From: Alphaproteobacteria bacterium
GTDB taxonomy: Bacteria; Pseudomonadota; Alphaproteobacteria; MPNO01
Assembly: GCA_965248835.1 (NCBI GenBank)
Contig: CBDFLJ010000001.1
Span: 704,001-768,000, forward strand
Length of the DNA stretch: 64,000 bases
Direction: 5' to 3'
Shown here: piece after piece, positions 41,001 to 51,947 of the stretch
Position numbering within the stretch: the stretch's first letter is position 1
Layout: each line of letters starts with the position of its first letter
Notes under the pieces: generated by a model
The model's database searches: none
Told to the model about the DNA's origin: nothing
The model's input: the letters and a program-made list of their open reading frames with translations, nothing else
Position numbers and translations under genes: made by a program

Positions 41001-42124
41001 CGGCGGATGCGTTCGAGATCCAGGCGCGTGACGGCTCGGCAAGGCTCGGCCGGCTCGCGACGGCCCACGGCACGGTGCGGACACCGGCCTTCATGCCGGT
41101 CGGCACGGCCGCGACCGTAAAGGGCATGCAGCCCGAGGCGGTCGCCGCGGCGGGCGCGGAGATGATCCTGGCGAATACCTATCACCTGATGCTGCGGCCG
41201 GGCGCGCAGATCGTCGCCGCGCTGGGCGGACTGCAGAAGTTCATGAACTGGCCCGGCCCGATCCTGACCGATTCGGGCGGGTTCCAGGTGATGTCGCTTG
41301 CCGCGCGGCGGACCATCGGTGAGGACGGCGTGGTGTTCAGCTCCCATATCGACGGCAGCCGTCACGCGCTGAGCCCGGAGCGCGCGGTCGAAATCCAGCA
41401 TCTGCTGGGCAGCGACGTGGCCATGGTGCTCGACGAATGCACGGCCTTTCCGGCAACCGAGGACGAGGCCGCCGCCTCGATGCGCCGGTCGATGCGCTGG
41501 GCGGCACGGTCCAAGCGGGCCTTCGTGCCGGGTCCCGGCCGCCTGCTGTTCGGGATCGTCCAGGGCGGCGTCCATCGCAAGCTGCGCCGGGAGTGCGCAC
41601 CCGCTTTGATCGAGATCGGCTTCGACGGCTATGCCGTCGGCGGGCTGGCGATCGGCGAGGGGCAGGAGACCACCTTCGCGGTGCTGGATCAGACCGTCCC
41701 AGCGCTGCCCGACGGGGCGCCGCGCTACCTGATGGGGGCGGGCACGCCGTCGGATATCGTCGGGGCGGTCGCCCGCGGCATCGACATGTTCGACTGCGTG
41801 CTGCCAACCCGGTCCGGGCGGACCGGGCGCGGGTTCACCGGGCGTGGCACGATCAATATCCGCAACGCGCGACACGCCGAAGACCCGCGGCCGCTGGACG
41901 CGGACTGCCCGTGCCCGGTTTGCGCGCGCTATTCCAGGGCCTATTTGCACCACCTGTTCCGCGCCCAGGAGATGCTCGGCCCGATCCTGCTTACCACCCA
42001 CAACCTGCACCACTACCAGCAGTTGATGGAGGGCTTGCGGGAAGCGATCCGTGACCGGGTCCTGGCCGGATTTGCCGCCGCCCATGCCGCCCGCGCGGCC
42101 GAAGGCGATATCGCGCCCCTTTAA
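40997..42124 (+). CDS. tgt: tRNA-guanine transglycosylase
   Basis: [48 protein letters not shown] Zn site. Confidence 0.97.
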   Translation: MTADAFEIQARDGSARLGRLATAHGTVRTPAFMPVGTAATVKGMQPEAVAAAGAEMILANTYHLMLRPGAQIVAALGGLQKFMNWPGPILTDSGGFQVMSLAARRTIGEDGVVFSSHIDGSRHALSPERAVEIQHLLGSDVAMVLDECTAFPATEDEAAASMRRSMRWAARSKRAFVPGPGRLLFGIVQGGVHRKLRRECAPALIEIGFDGYAVGGLAIGEGQETTFAVLDQTVPALPDGAPRYLMGAGTPSDIVGAVARGIDMFDCVLPTRSGRTGRGFTGRGTINIRNARHAEDPRPLDADCPCPVCARYSRAYLHHLFRAQEMLGPILLTTHNLHHYQQLMEGLREAIRDRVLAGFAAAHAARAAEGDIAPL

Positions 42125-42176
42125 CACGCGCGGTCGGTGCCATACGATGACGCCAAATCGAACGTGAGGATCGTTC

Positions 42177-43286
42177 ATGCAGGAAGTCGATTACGGTTCC
42201 AGCGCTTATCCGGTGCGCGAGGATCTGGTCGCCGCCCAGCGCGCCGCGTGGCGGCGGCTTGGCGAGCCGGGGGCCTTTCTCGACGGCGCACGCCGGATCG
42301 CGGTCGCCTGCGAGGCGCGCAACGCGCCGTCCTGCGCGCTCTGCCGGCGCCGCAAGGACGCCCTGTCGCCCTTTGCCGTGGACGGCACCCATGACAGCCT
42401 CGGTGTCCTGGACGACACCGAGGTCGATGCCATTCACCGGATCGTCACCGATTCGGGCCGGCTCAGCCGCGAATGGGTCGACGGCCTGTTCGCCGACGGG
42501 CTGGACGACCGGGAATATATCGAGATCGTGAGCGTGATCTGCGTCGTGATGGTCAGCGATGCTTTTCGGCGCGCGCTCGACCTGCCGCCGTTCGGCTTGC
42601 CGGAGCCGGTCGTCGGCGCGCCGTCGGGCTACAGCGCTCCGGGCGCCAAGGACCATGACGGATGGATTCGCCTGGTCGTGCCCGAGGACGTCGTCCCCGG
42701 CGACGGCAAGCTCTATGGCGGAACCATGGTCGCGCCTGTCGTCAAGGCGCTGTCCCTGGTCCCCGATGCCAAGCGCCACTATTGGGAGATGGCCGAGACG
42801 CTGTATCTGCCCGGCGAACAGATGCCCAACTTCGCAACCGAAGTCCGCGCGATCGACCGCATGCAGATGGAGATCATCGCCACGAGAGTTTCAGCCCTCC
42901 ACCAATGCGTGTACTGAACCAGCTCCCATGCATTCATGCTCCGTGCGAGCATTCAACATTCCGGGACCGAGTTCGATTTGCACACCGCGATGGGCGCGAG
43001 TCGGGGCGACGGCGGCATCAGGAGCGGTCAGCACCTCGCCGACTTCGCCGAGGCGATCACCTTGCAGGACCGCGACCGCGTGGCCGCGCTGCGCGAGACG
43101 CTGGCGCACGAGCTTGGCGTTGCGGCCATGATCGATGCGGCGGCCGTAGCCTCGGCCTTCCACGGCTTCGTGCGGGTGGCCGATTCGACGGGCGCTCCGC
43201 CGGCCGGCGCATCGGGCGGCAAGGTGACCATGGAATTTCGTGAGTCGCTTGGGATCAACGACTTCTACGGCGCGGCCCACCACTAG
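42177..43286 (+). CDS. AhpD/CMD-like alkylhydroperoxidase-related selenoprotein (369 aa; Sec at TGA 42915-42917)
   Basis: ORFs 42177-42917 and 42936-43286 are in frame with no other stop: [31 protein letters not shown], i.e. the AhpD E..CxxC..H motif with Sec. Confidence 0.8.
42936..42952 (+). promoter_or_regulatory. Bacterial SECIS-like hairpin
   Basis: ATGCTC-CGTGC-GAGCAT stem-loop starting 18 nt after the in-frame TGA; GU in the loop. Confidence 0.65.
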
Positions 43287-43287
43287 G

Positions 43288-44403
43288 GTGGCCGACGGCA
43301 CGGCCGCGCGCACGCAAATCCGCGACCGTGCGCTTGCCCAGGGATTCGACGCGGTCGGATTCGCCGAGGCGGGGGCGCCGGAGACCGCCCGGCGCGACCT
43401 CGCCGCGTTCATCGCCAAGGGCTATCACGGTGACATGGGCTGGCTCGCAACGACTGCGGAGCGGCGCTGCGATCCGAAGGTCCTGTGGCCGCAGGCGCGC
43501 AGCGCCGTCGTGCTCGGGCTGAACTACGGCCCGGCCGGCGATCCGCTGGCCGCCCTCGCCCGGCCGGCGCACGGTGCAGTGTCGGTCTATGCCCAGGGGC
43601 GCGACTACCACGACGTGGTCGGCAAGCGGCTGCGCGCGCTCGCGCGCTGGATCCACGACCGCTTCGACTGCGAGGTCAAGCTGTTCGTCGACACCGCGCC
43701 GGTGATGGAGAAACCGCTCGCCCAGCGCGCCGGGCTGGGCTGGCAAGGCAAGCACACCAACCTGGTCTCGCGCGGCCACGGCTCCTGGCTGTTCCTGGGT
43801 GAAATCCTGACCACGCTGGCACTCGCCCCCGACGCCGCGGAGGACGATCACTGCGGCGTCTGCCGCCGGTGCCTGGACGTCTGCCCGACCGATGCGTTCC
43901 CCGCGCCCTACCGGCTCGATGCGCGGCGCTGCGTTTCGTATCTCACCATCGAGCACAAGGGACACATCGGGGTTGAATTCCGCACCGCGATCGGCAACCG
44001 GATTTATGGCTGCGACGACTGCCTGGCGGTCTGCCCGTGGAACAAGTTCGCGCGACGGGCCGCGGTGCCGGACTTGCAGCCGCGGATCGAGCTTGCCGCG
44101 CCGCGCCTGGCCGAGCTTGCCGGGCTCGACGATGCCGGCTTCCGTCGGGTGTTTTCGGGGTCGGCCATCAAGCGGCTCGGCCGTGACCGGTTCGTGCGCA
44201 ACGTGCTGATCGCGATCGGCAATTCGGGCGATGCGGCGCTCGCGCCCTGTGCCGAGCGCCTGCTGGGCGATGCCTCGCCCCTGGTCCGGGCGATGGCGGT
44301 CTGGGCGTTGTCGCGCTTGCTGCCGCCGGCTGCTTTCGACGGTCTGCGCGCGCGCTGCCTTGCCGGCGAATCCGATCCGGAAGTCCGCCGTGAGTGGTGC
44401 TAG
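43288..44403 (+). CDS. queG: tRNA epoxyqueuosine reductase
   Basis: [53 protein letters not shown]. Confidence 0.95.
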   Translation: MADGTAARTQIRDRALAQGFDAVGFAEAGAPETARRDLAAFIAKGYHGDMGWLATTAERRCDPKVLWPQARSAVVLGLNYGPAGDPLAALARPAHGAVSVYAQGRDYHDVVGKRLRALARWIHDRFDCEVKLFVDTAPVMEKPLAQRAGLGWQGKHTNLVSRGHGSWLFLGEILTTLALAPDAAEDDHCGVCRRCLDVCPTDAFPAPYRLDARRCVSYLTIEHKGHIGVEFRTAIGNRIYGCDDCLAVCPWNKFARRAAVPDLQPRIELAAPRLAELAGLDDAGFRRVFSGSAIKRLGRDRFVRNVLIAIGNSGDAALAPCAERLLGDASPLVRAMAVWALSRLLPPAAFDGLRARCLAGESDPEVRREWC

Positions 44404-44413
44404 GGTGGCGGCC

Positions 44414-45412
44414 ATGTCGAGCTTAGGGAAGACGATCGACCGGCGGCTGTCGGTGGCGCCGATGATGGACCGGACCGACCGGCACGAGCGCTATCTGCTG
44501 CGGCTGATCGCAAGGCCGGTGCTGCTCTATACCGAGATGATTCCGACCGCTGCGATCCTGCGCGGCGACCGCCGGCGCTTTCTCGATTTCGATCCTTCCG
44601 AGCACCCCGTCGCGCTCCAGATCGGCGGCAGCGAGCCGGAAGCGCTCGGCGAATGCTGCCGGATCGCCGAGGACTGGGGCTATGACGAGGTGAACCTCAA
44701 TCTCGGCTGCCCGAGCGAGCGGGTGAGCCAGGCGCGCTTCGGCGCCTGCCTGATGGCCGAACCGGACCTGGTCGCACGCTGCACCGCGGCGATGCGCCGG
44801 GCCACCGCGCTTCCGGTCACGGTCAAGACGCGGATCGGCATCGACGAGACCGACGATTACCAACACCTGGCCCGGTTCGTGACAACCGTCGCCGCCAGCG
44901 GGATCGAGGTGTTCGTCGTCCACGCCCGCAAGGCGGTCCTGTCCGGTCTCAGCCCGAAGGAGAACCGGGAGGTCCCGCCGCTGCGCTACGATCTGGTCCA
45001 CCGGCTGAAGGTCGACAAGGCGGGTCTGACGGTGATCATCAACGGCGGCTTCCGCACCGCCCGGGCTGCACTCGAACAGCTCGGCCCGACCGACGGCGTC
45101 ATGCTCGGCCGGGCGGCCTATGAGAACCCCTATATCCTGGCCGAAATCGCACCGGTGTTGTGGCCGGACGCCCGGCCCCGGCCGCGCGAATCGGTGATCG
45201 AGGCCTACGCCGAGTATGTCGGTTGCCGGCTCGCCGAAGGCGTGCCGCTGTGGCGCATGACCCGCCATCTCTTGGGCCTCTACCAGGGCGTGCCCGGCGC
45301 GCGCGCCTGGCGCCGCGCGCTCGCCGACGGCGCGCACCGCCCCGGCGCCGGACCGGGCCTGATCCGTCAGGCCGCCCGGCTGATCACAGAGGCGGACCGC
45401 ATCGCCGCGTGA
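44414..45412 (+). CDS. dusA: tRNA dihydrouridine(20/20a) synthase
   Basis: SVAPMMDRTDRH, LYTEM, NLGCPSERV, GLSPKENREVPPLRY. Confidence 0.95.
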   Translation: MSSLGKTIDRRLSVAPMMDRTDRHERYLLRLIARPVLLYTEMIPTAAILRGDRRRFLDFDPSEHPVALQIGGSEPEALGECCRIAEDWGYDEVNLNLGCPSERVSQARFGACLMAEPDLVARCTAAMRRATALPVTVKTRIGIDETDDYQHLARFVTTVAASGIEVFVVHARKAVLSGLSPKENREVPPLRYDLVHRLKVDKAGLTVIINGGFRTARAALEQLGPTDGVMLGRAAYENPYILAEIAPVLWPDARPRPRESVIEAYAEYVGCRLAEGVPLWRMTRHLLGLYQGVPGARAWRRALADGAHRPGAGPGLIRQAARLITEADRIAA

Positions 45413-45434
45413 GCCGGCGCCGGATTGATTTGGC

Positions 45435-46715
45435 TCAGGGCGCGGACGGTTCCAGCGGGCGGTCGTAGAGGTCCTCGAGCGCGACGCGCCAGTCGCGGTC
45501 GTTGTCGAGGACGCGCTCGATGGCGCGGATACGGTAGTAGGTCGGGCGCACCGCCGGCGGGTCCTCGGTCAGGGCCTTGAGGTGGCGCAGCAGGATGCGC
45601 CTGGTCGCGATCACCGCAGCATCGGTGGTCCCCAGATGCTCCCTCGTGCGGTCGACGATCGGGCCCATGCTCTCCTGGACCGCATGGTCCTGGTTGTTGA
45701 TGCCGTCGATCCCGCTATAGGTCTCGCGCCGCTGCACGGTGCGGTCGATCATCCAGTCGACATCGCGGTTGCGCACCTTGCGGTGGTTGTCGCCGATCTC
45801 GCCCAGCGCGCGGCCGCGGCTCCACTCCAGCGCCTCGCGCTCCCGGTCTGCCAGCGCATCGGACCCGTACTTGGCGATCCAGTTGTAGACCATGGTGTTC
45901 TGGTCATCCATCGGCACGAACATGTGGCCGTTGATGATCGGCTGCAGGGTCTCCCCGTCATTGCCGAGCTCGAAGGGGAAGAAGGTGTGGCACGGCATCA
46001 CCCAGTGATAGACCTTCACCCACTTCCGGTCCGTGCCGAACGGCCGAATCGAGGCGTAGACGTGGCCGTAATCGGTCACCTCGACCTCATCGCGCAACGG
46101 CACGGGCACGGTCCACAGCCCGCTCAACCCGGCGCGCCCGGTCTCCGGCGTCAGCGTCGTGTGCAGCGTGGAGGCGTGCATGCTGTCGATGCCGCCCTCG
46201 AGCGCCTGAAGCCAGTTGCATTCCTGCCATGTCCTGGTGACCACCCGCTGGTCGGCGCGCAGCCGGGTCCACTCGAACAGCGGCGGGGCCGGCGGCTCGC
46301 CTTCGCCGAGATAGGCCCAGACCACGCCGCCGTGCTCGACGGTGCGGTAGGCGGCAAGCCGGATGCGCTGCTTGAAGTCGCTCTGTCGCGTCTCGGTCGG
46401 CATGTCGATGCAGCGCCCGTCGACATCGAACTTCCAGCCGTGATAGACGCAGCGCAGCCCGCTGTCCTCGTTGCGGCCGAGAAACAGCGACACCCCGCGA
46501 TGCGGGCAGAACTCTTCGACCAGCCCGACCCGGCCGCCGCTGTCGCGAAAGGCGACAAGCGACTCGCCCAGCAGCCTGACGCGGACCGGCGCCCCGTCCG
46601 GCTCGGCGATCTCCGATGACAACAGCGCCGGCATCCAGTAGCGGCGCATCAAGGCGCCGAGCGCCGTGCCGGGGCCGACGCGGGTGACCAGCTCGTTGTC
46701 TTCGCGCGACAGCAT
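45435..46715 (-). CDS. Rieske oxygenase, phthalate 4,5-dioxygenase-like (alpha-only type)
   Basis: VGPGT..G.LMRRYW, CPHRG...CVYHGW, CNWLQALEGGIDSMH..LH, QDHAVQESMG. Confidence 0.9.
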   Translation of the reverse strand: MLSREDNELVTRVGPGTALGALMRRYWMPALLSSEIAEPDGAPVRVRLLGESLVAFRDSGGRVGLVEEFCPHRGVSLFLGRNEDSGLRCVYHGWKFDVDGRCIDMPTETRQSDFKQRIRLAAYRTVEHGGVVWAYLGEGEPPAPPLFEWTRLRADQRVVTRTWQECNWLQALEGGIDSMHASTLHTTLTPETGRAGLSGLWTVPVPLRDEVEVTDYGHVYASIRPFGTDRKWVKVYHWVMPCHTFFPFELGNDGETLQPIINGHMFVPMDDQNTMVYNWIAKYGSDALADREREALEWSRGRALGEIGDNHRKVRNRDVDWMIDRTVQRRETYSGIDGINNQDHAVQESMGPIVDRTREHLGTTDAAVIATRRILLRHLKALTEDPPAVRPTYYRIRAIERVLDNDRDWRVALEDLYDRPLEPSAP

Positions 46716-46729
46716 GCCGGTCCGTCCGC

Positions 46730-47488
46730 TCAGTGTGCTTCCATCAGCCGGCCGAAGCCAGGCATCCGGTCGGCGATGTCGTTCTGGCGCAAGGCGTACC
46801 AGTAGGTCGCGGTCATCACCGCGATCACCGGCTTTGCGAGCCAGCGCTCGGCCTCGGCCGCGACATAGGCCATCGGCAGGTTGGCGCCGAACTGCACGAT
46901 CGCATCGACATCGGGGCCGTCGACCTTGCGGACCGCCTCGCGCAGGGCGTCCTCGGAGATGTGGGCGATGTTGACCGGGCTGTCGCAGGCCAGGCACTCG
47001 GTACGCACCAGCTCGAACCCGGTCTCCTCGGCAAACGCCTCCAGATGGCCTATGGCGACGGGGTAGTAGGGACACACGATCGCGATCCGCCTGATCTCCT
47101 CGCCGAAGGCTCGCAGTGCCGCGGGCAGGGCGTCCGCGGCCTGGGTGACGCCGATATCGGTCTCCGCGCGGTCCTTGATCCGCCGCTCGATCTTGCGGGC
47201 CGGCTCGAGCCCGCCGCCCCAGATGCTCTCGGCCGAGATGCCGAGGATCAGATGGTCCGGCCGGCAGGTCATCACCCGGTCGATCGATTCCTCCAGGGCC
47301 GCGTCGATCCGCCGGATCAGCTCGTCGAAATCCGCATCCGAGCCGATCGGATCGTCGGGGATATGCATGCGCGAGATGTGGTTGGTCACTCCCTTGGGCG
47401 CCATCGCGTCGTAATGCGGCTGGACGATCGTGTTGGTGGACGGGGTGACGACCCCGAATTTCATTCGCCAAGCCCAGGCGTCGACCAT
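46730..47488 (-). CDS. Maleate cis-trans isomerase / arylmalonate decarboxylase family protein
   Basis: GVVTPSTNTIVQ, IAIVCPY, VQFGANLP, GFGRL. The usual catalytic CT motifs are replaced (GIS, GAN). Confidence 0.8.
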   Translation of the reverse strand: MVDAWAWRMKFGVVTPSTNTIVQPHYDAMAPKGVTNHISRMHIPDDPIGSDADFDELIRRIDAALEESIDRVMTCRPDHLILGISAESIWGGGLEPARKIERRIKDRAETDIGVTQAADALPAALRAFGEEIRRIAIVCPYYPVAIGHLEAFAEETGFELVRTECLACDSPVNIAHISEDALREAVRKVDGPDVDAIVQFGANLPMAYVAAEAERWLAKPVIAVMTATYWYALRQNDIADRMPGFGRLMEAH

Positions 47489-47511
47489 TGTCGTGTCCCC
47501 TTTTCTGGTGG

Positions 47512-49104
47512 TCAGTCCGGACGAAGCCGGTAGCGTTGGATCTTGCCGGTCGCGGTCTTCGGCAGGTCGTCAACGATCTCGATCCAGCGCGGATACTTGA
47601 ACGGCGCCAAGCGCCCGCGCACGAAGGCGACGAGATCGTCGGCGATCGCTTCCCGGGCGGCGCCTGCGTCCTTGAGCACCACATAGGCCTTGGGCTTTAT
47701 CAGCCCGGCCTCGTCGGGCCAACCGACGACGGCGGCCTCCAGCACCGCGGGATGGGCGGCGAGCGCGGACTCGACCTCGAACGGGGCGACCCAGATGCCG
47801 CCCACCTTGAGCATGTCGTCCTCGCGTCCGCAGAAGAAGTAGTAACCGTCCTCGTCGCGGTAGCAGGTATCGCCGGTGAAGAACCAGCCGTCGCGCATCG
47901 CGCGCGCGGTCCGCTCGGGCTTGTTCCAGTAGCAGGTGGTGATGCTCTCGCCCTTGATCACGAATTCGCCGGCCTCGCCGTCGGCAAGCTCGGAGCCGTC
48001 CTCGCCGAGGATGCGGCCCTCGTAGCCCGGCACGATCGGCCCGCAAGAGCCCGGCTTGACGCTTCCCGGACGGTTGGCGGTGTAGAAGTGAAGCGCCTCG
48101 CTGGAGCCGATCGATTCGATGATCTCGCTGCCGGTGCGCGCCAGCCAGCCCTCGTAGACCGGAGCCGGCAGCGGCTCGCCGCCCGAGGCCGACCATCGGA
48201 TGCTGGTCAGATCGGCAGCCCGCCCGGCCTCGAGCGCGGCAAGCTGCATCGCATAGAGCGTGGGGACGCCGAAATAGACCGTCGGCTTGAACGCGGCGAT
48301 GGCATCGAGCGTGTTCTCCGCCGTCGGGCGGTCCTCCAGGTAGACGCAGCGCGCCCCGGTCCACAGCGGAAACGAGACCGCGTTGCCGAGCCCGTAGGCG
48401 AAGAACATCTTCGGCGGGGAGAACAGGACATCGTCCGGGCCGATGCCGGCGACCGCCTCGGCGTAGTAGAGCGCGGTATAGACCTGGTCCTTGTGCTGGT
48501 GGACCGACGCCTTGGGTGCGCCCGTCGAGCCGGAGGAATAGAGCCAGAAGCAGTCGGTCTCTGGTGTCGTCGCGGCCGGTGGGCAGACCGGGTCGGCGGC
48601 CGCCAGGAGGGTGTCGTGCGACAGCCAGCCGGACGGGGCGCCATCGACGCAGATCCGGTGCGCGACCGCCGCGCCCGCCTCGGCCAGGGCGGGCTCGACC
48701 TCCTCGAACATGTCGGCGTGGGCGATCACCGCGCGGGCACCGGAATCGGCCAGCATGTAGGCGTAGTCGGCTGCGCGCAGGAAATAGTTGACCGGGATCG
48801 CCACCGCGCCGATCCGCGCCGCGCCCAGGAAGCCGTCCCAAAATGCCGGTCCGTCCTTGCAGAACAGCATGATGCGCTCGCCCGGGACGATCCCCAACGC
48901 CTTGAGCGCGTTGGCGGCCCGGTTCACCCGCTCGGCCATCTGGGCAAAGCTGAAGGCGGCCCCGGCGGAGACCAGCGCGGTCCTGTCCCCGCGTCCCGCG
49001 TCCAGATGCCGGTCGAGGAAGGCGACCGAGACGTTGAACGTCTCGGCGAACCGCACCCCGTAAGGGGTCTTCGTGCGATCGACCTCGACCGTGTGGGGCT
49101 TCAT
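47512..49104 (-). CDS. Benzoate-CoA ligase family aryl-CoA ligase
   Basis: FWLYSSGSTGAPK, KMFFAYGLGN, IGSSE, GREDDMLKVGGIWV, LPKTATGKIQRY. Confidence 0.9.
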   Translation of the reverse strand: MKPHTVEVDRTKTPYGVRFAETFNVSVAFLDRHLDAGRGDRTALVSAGAAFSFAQMAERVNRAANALKALGIVPGERIMLFCKDGPAFWDGFLGAARIGAVAIPVNYFLRAADYAYMLADSGARAVIAHADMFEEVEPALAEAGAAVAHRICVDGAPSGWLSHDTLLAAADPVCPPAATTPETDCFWLYSSGSTGAPKASVHQHKDQVYTALYYAEAVAGIGPDDVLFSPPKMFFAYGLGNAVSFPLWTGARCVYLEDRPTAENTLDAIAAFKPTVYFGVPTLYAMQLAALEAGRAADLTSIRWSASGGEPLPAPVYEGWLARTGSEIIESIGSSEALHFYTANRPGSVKPGSCGPIVPGYEGRILGEDGSELADGEAGEFVIKGESITTCYWNKPERTARAMRDGWFFTGDTCYRDEDGYYFFCGREDDMLKVGGIWVAPFEVESALAAHPAVLEAAVVGWPDEAGLIKPKAYVVLKDAGAAREAIADDLVAFVRGRLAPFKYPRWIEIVDDLPKTATGKIQRYRLRPD

Positions 49105-49170
49105 GATCCTTGCCTCCCCGGCGACTATAGTAAGCCGTCCGGCCCCGATCCATGCCGAAGGAATGCCGCC

Positions 49171-49536
49171 ATGCACGCCGAGCACAGCGCGACCCAGATC
49201 GCCGCCCACGTCCTGGTCGGGGGCTACTTCCTGATCATGCTGTGGAAGAACCTCAGGCTCTACCGCTGGAATGTCGAGCGCATGGGTGCCAACGGCGTGC
49301 CGTTTCCGGAAGTCGTGCTGCCGGCGGGCTTCGTGGTCCAGTTCGTCGGCGCCGTGCTCGTGCTGATCGACTACCGGGCGGAGACCGGCGCGTCCCTTCT
49401 GCTGGTCTTCACCTTCGTTGCGACCGCGATCTTCCACCGCTACTGGCGCATGGACGATCCGGTACGGCGCAACTACCACATGCTCCTGGGGCTCAACAAT
49501 GTCGGGCTGACGGGCGGTCTGCTGCTGTTGTTCTGA
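49171..49536 (+). CDS. DoxX family membrane protein
   Basis: About 4 TM helices, FHRYW, NVGLTGGLL. Confidence 0.75.
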   Translation: MHAEHSATQIAAHVLVGGYFLIMLWKNLRLYRWNVERMGANGVPFPEVVLPAGFVVQFVGAVLVLIDYRAETGASLLLVFTFVATAIFHRYWRMDDPVRRNYHMLLGLNNVGLTGGLLLLF

Positions 49537-49607
49537 GAGGATCCGCAAGGCCGTTGACGCCTCTCGGCCCGAGGACAATCATGCGGGCCAGCCTTGAGGG
49601 GGGCCGC

Positions 49608-51947
49608 ATGAGCGACAAGGGGATCGGCGTGAGCGTCCTGCGCAAGGAGGACGGGCGCTTCATGACCGGGCGCGGCAGCTTCGTCGCCGATATCGCCGCG
49701 GCCAACATGGTCAATATCGCCTTCGTGCGCAGCCCTGTCGCCCACGCAAGGATCGTCGGGGTGACCAAGCCCGCCGGTGCCGAGGACCGGGTGCTGACGG
49801 TTGCCGACCTGACCGGCGTCGAGCCGATGCGCGCACCCTCGAAGCTGCCCGGCTACAAGGCCTCCGACTACCCGGCGCTGGCGACCGGCAAGGTGCGGTT
49901 CGTGGGCGAGCCGGTGGTTGCCTGCATCGCCGAGACCCGCGCCGAGGCCGAGGACCTCGCGGAGGCGGTCGAGGTCGCCTACGACGAGCTTCCCCCGGTC
50001 GTCGACATGCTGGAGGCGCGTGCACCGGACGCGCCGCTGGTGCATGAAGCCTGGGGCGACAACGTCGTCCTGGAGACCCGGATCGACGGCGACATGGACG
50101 AGGCGATCGCCGGCGCCGCGCATTCGGTGACCCGCGAAGTCCGGATGAGCCGCCAGGCGATGGTCCCGATGGAGGCCCGCGCGGTGATGGCCCAATGGGA
50201 CCACCGGATGGACCAGCTCGTGGTTTACACCTCCACCCAGGTACCGCACCTGATCCGCTCGGGGCTGGCGATCTTCCTGGGGCTCGAGCAGCGCCAGGTC
50301 CGGGTCATTGCGCCCGATGTCGGCGGCGGGTTCGGGCTGAAATGCTATGTCCAGCCCGAGGAGCTGGTGGCATCGTGGTGCGCGATCAACATGGGCCGGC
50401 CGGCGCGCTGGATCGAGGACCGGCGCGAGCATCTGATCGCCGATGCCAATTGCCGCGAGCACCACTACAGGATCACCGCGCACGCCGACGAGACCGGCAG
50501 GATCCTGGGGCTGGAGGGCGAAATCACCGTCGATGCCGGCGCGTACTCGATCTACCCCTTCACCAACTGCCTGGAAGCCGCCATGGCCGGCGGCAACCTC
50601 CTGGGGCCATATGCGATCGGCGCCTACCGGGCGAAGACCTACACGATGGCGACCAACAAGCCGCCGCTGGTGCCCTATCGCGGCGTGGCCCGGCCGGGCG
50701 TCGCCTTCGCGATGGAGACCCTGATCGACGCGGTGGCGCGGACCGTCGGGCGCGAGCCGCACGAGGTCCGCATCGACAACATGGTGCCGGCGTCCGCGAT
50801 GCCGTTCACCAACATCGCCCGCAAGACTTTCGACTCCGGCGATTACCCTCAGGCCGTCGGCAGGGTCGCGGACATGATCGATGTCGAAGCCGTCCGCGCG
50901 CGCCAGCGCAAAGGCGAGCCGGACGGGCGGCTGATCGGGCTCGGCTTCGGCAGCTATACCGAGCAGACCGCGCACGGCACTTCGGTGTTCGCGAGCTGGG
51001 GCGTCCAGATGGTCCCGGGCTACGAGCAGGCCGGCGCCAAGCTGACACCGGACGGCGGGCTCGAGCTCAAGGTCGGCGTCCAATCGCACGGCCAGGGGAT
51101 GGAGACCACGCTCGCCCAGATCGCCTGCGAGGTCCTGGGCATCGATCCAGCCAATGTCACGGTCATCCACGGCGATACCGGGCTGACGCCGTATTCGACC
51201 GGCACCTACGCATCGCGCTCGATCGTCATGGCCGGCGGCGCGGTCTCGCGCGCCTGCAAGGTCCTGGCCGGGCGGATGGCGGCGATCGGCGCCCACCTGA
51301 TGCAATGTGCGCGCGAGGAGGTGAACGTCGCCGGCGGCGTCGTGTCGGGGCCGGCCGGCGAGGTGCCGTTCTCCGAAATCGGCCGGGTCTGGTACATGAA
51401 CCCCGAGGAGCTTCCCGGCGATGTCGACATGGGCGGGGTCGAAGCGGTGATGGGCTACCGGCCCGACCCCGACCACGGGACGTTCTCCTATTCGACCCAC
51501 GCCGCGGTGATCGCGCTCGATCCCGATACCGGCGCGGTCGAGGTGCTGGATTACGCCGTCGTCGAGGATTGCGGCACGATGGTCAATCCGATGGTGGTCA
51601 GCGGACAGTGCTATGGCGGCGCCGCGCAGGGCATCGGCACGGCCCTGTTCGAGGAATCGCCGTTCGACGAGGCCGGCCAGCCCTTGGCCTCGACATTCGC
51701 CGACTACCACCTGCCCGGCGCCTCGGAAGTGCCGGCGATCCGCGTCGAGCACATGATCACCCCGTCTCCGCATACCGAATTCGGCCTGAAGGGCGTCGGC
51801 GAGGGCGGCACGATCCCGACGCCGGCGGTGATCGGCAACGCGGTCAACGACGCGCTGCGCGGGTTCGGCGCGGAAGTCAACCAGACGCCGATAACGCCGC
51901 GCCGGGTCCTGGCGGCGATCGCGGCGGCACGAGGAGAGGCGGCATGA
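49608..51947 (+). CDS. Xanthine dehydrogenase-family molybdopterin-binding large subunit (CoxL-like)
   Basis: RKEDGRF, STQVPH, DVGGGFG, active-site loop PYRGVAR, SHGQG, KGVGE. Confidence 0.9.
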   Translation: MSDKGIGVSVLRKEDGRFMTGRGSFVADIAAANMVNIAFVRSPVAHARIVGVTKPAGAEDRVLTVADLTGVEPMRAPSKLPGYKASDYPALATGKVRFVGEPVVACIAETRAEAEDLAEAVEVAYDELPPVVDMLEARAPDAPLVHEAWGDNVVLETRIDGDMDEAIAGAAHSVTREVRMSRQAMVPMEARAVMAQWDHRMDQLVVYTSTQVPHLIRSGLAIFLGLEQRQVRVIAPDVGGGFGLKCYVQPEELVASWCAINMGRPARWIEDRREHLIADANCREHHYRITAHADETGRILGLEGEITVDAGAYSIYPFTNCLEAAMAGGNLLGPYAIGAYRAKTYTMATNKPPLVPYRGVARPGVAFAMETLIDAVARTVGREPHEVRIDNMVPASAMPFTNIARKTFDSGDYPQAVGRVADMIDVEAVRARQRKGEPDGRLIGLGFGSYTEQTAHGTSVFASWGVQMVPGYEQAGAKLTPDGGLELKVGVQSHGQGMETTLAQIACEVLGIDPANVTVIHGDTGLTPYSTGTYASRSIVMAGGAVSRACKVLAGRMAAIGAHLMQCAREEVNVAGGVVSGPAGEVPFSEIGRVWYMNPEELPGDVDMGGVEAVMGYRPDPDHGTFSYSTHAAVIALDPDTGAVEVLDYAVVEDCGTMVNPMVVSGQCYGGAAQGIGTALFEESPFDEAGQPLASTFADYHLPGASEVPAIRVEHMITPSPHTEFGLKGVGEGGTIPTPAVIGNAVNDALRGFGAEVNQTPITPRRVLAAIAAARGEAA

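Noticed and set aside
42119-42146. Weak RpoH-like promoter (CTTTAA...GCCATAC) before the AhpD selenoprotein
   Set aside because: Mismatches in both boxes; not distinguishable from chance.
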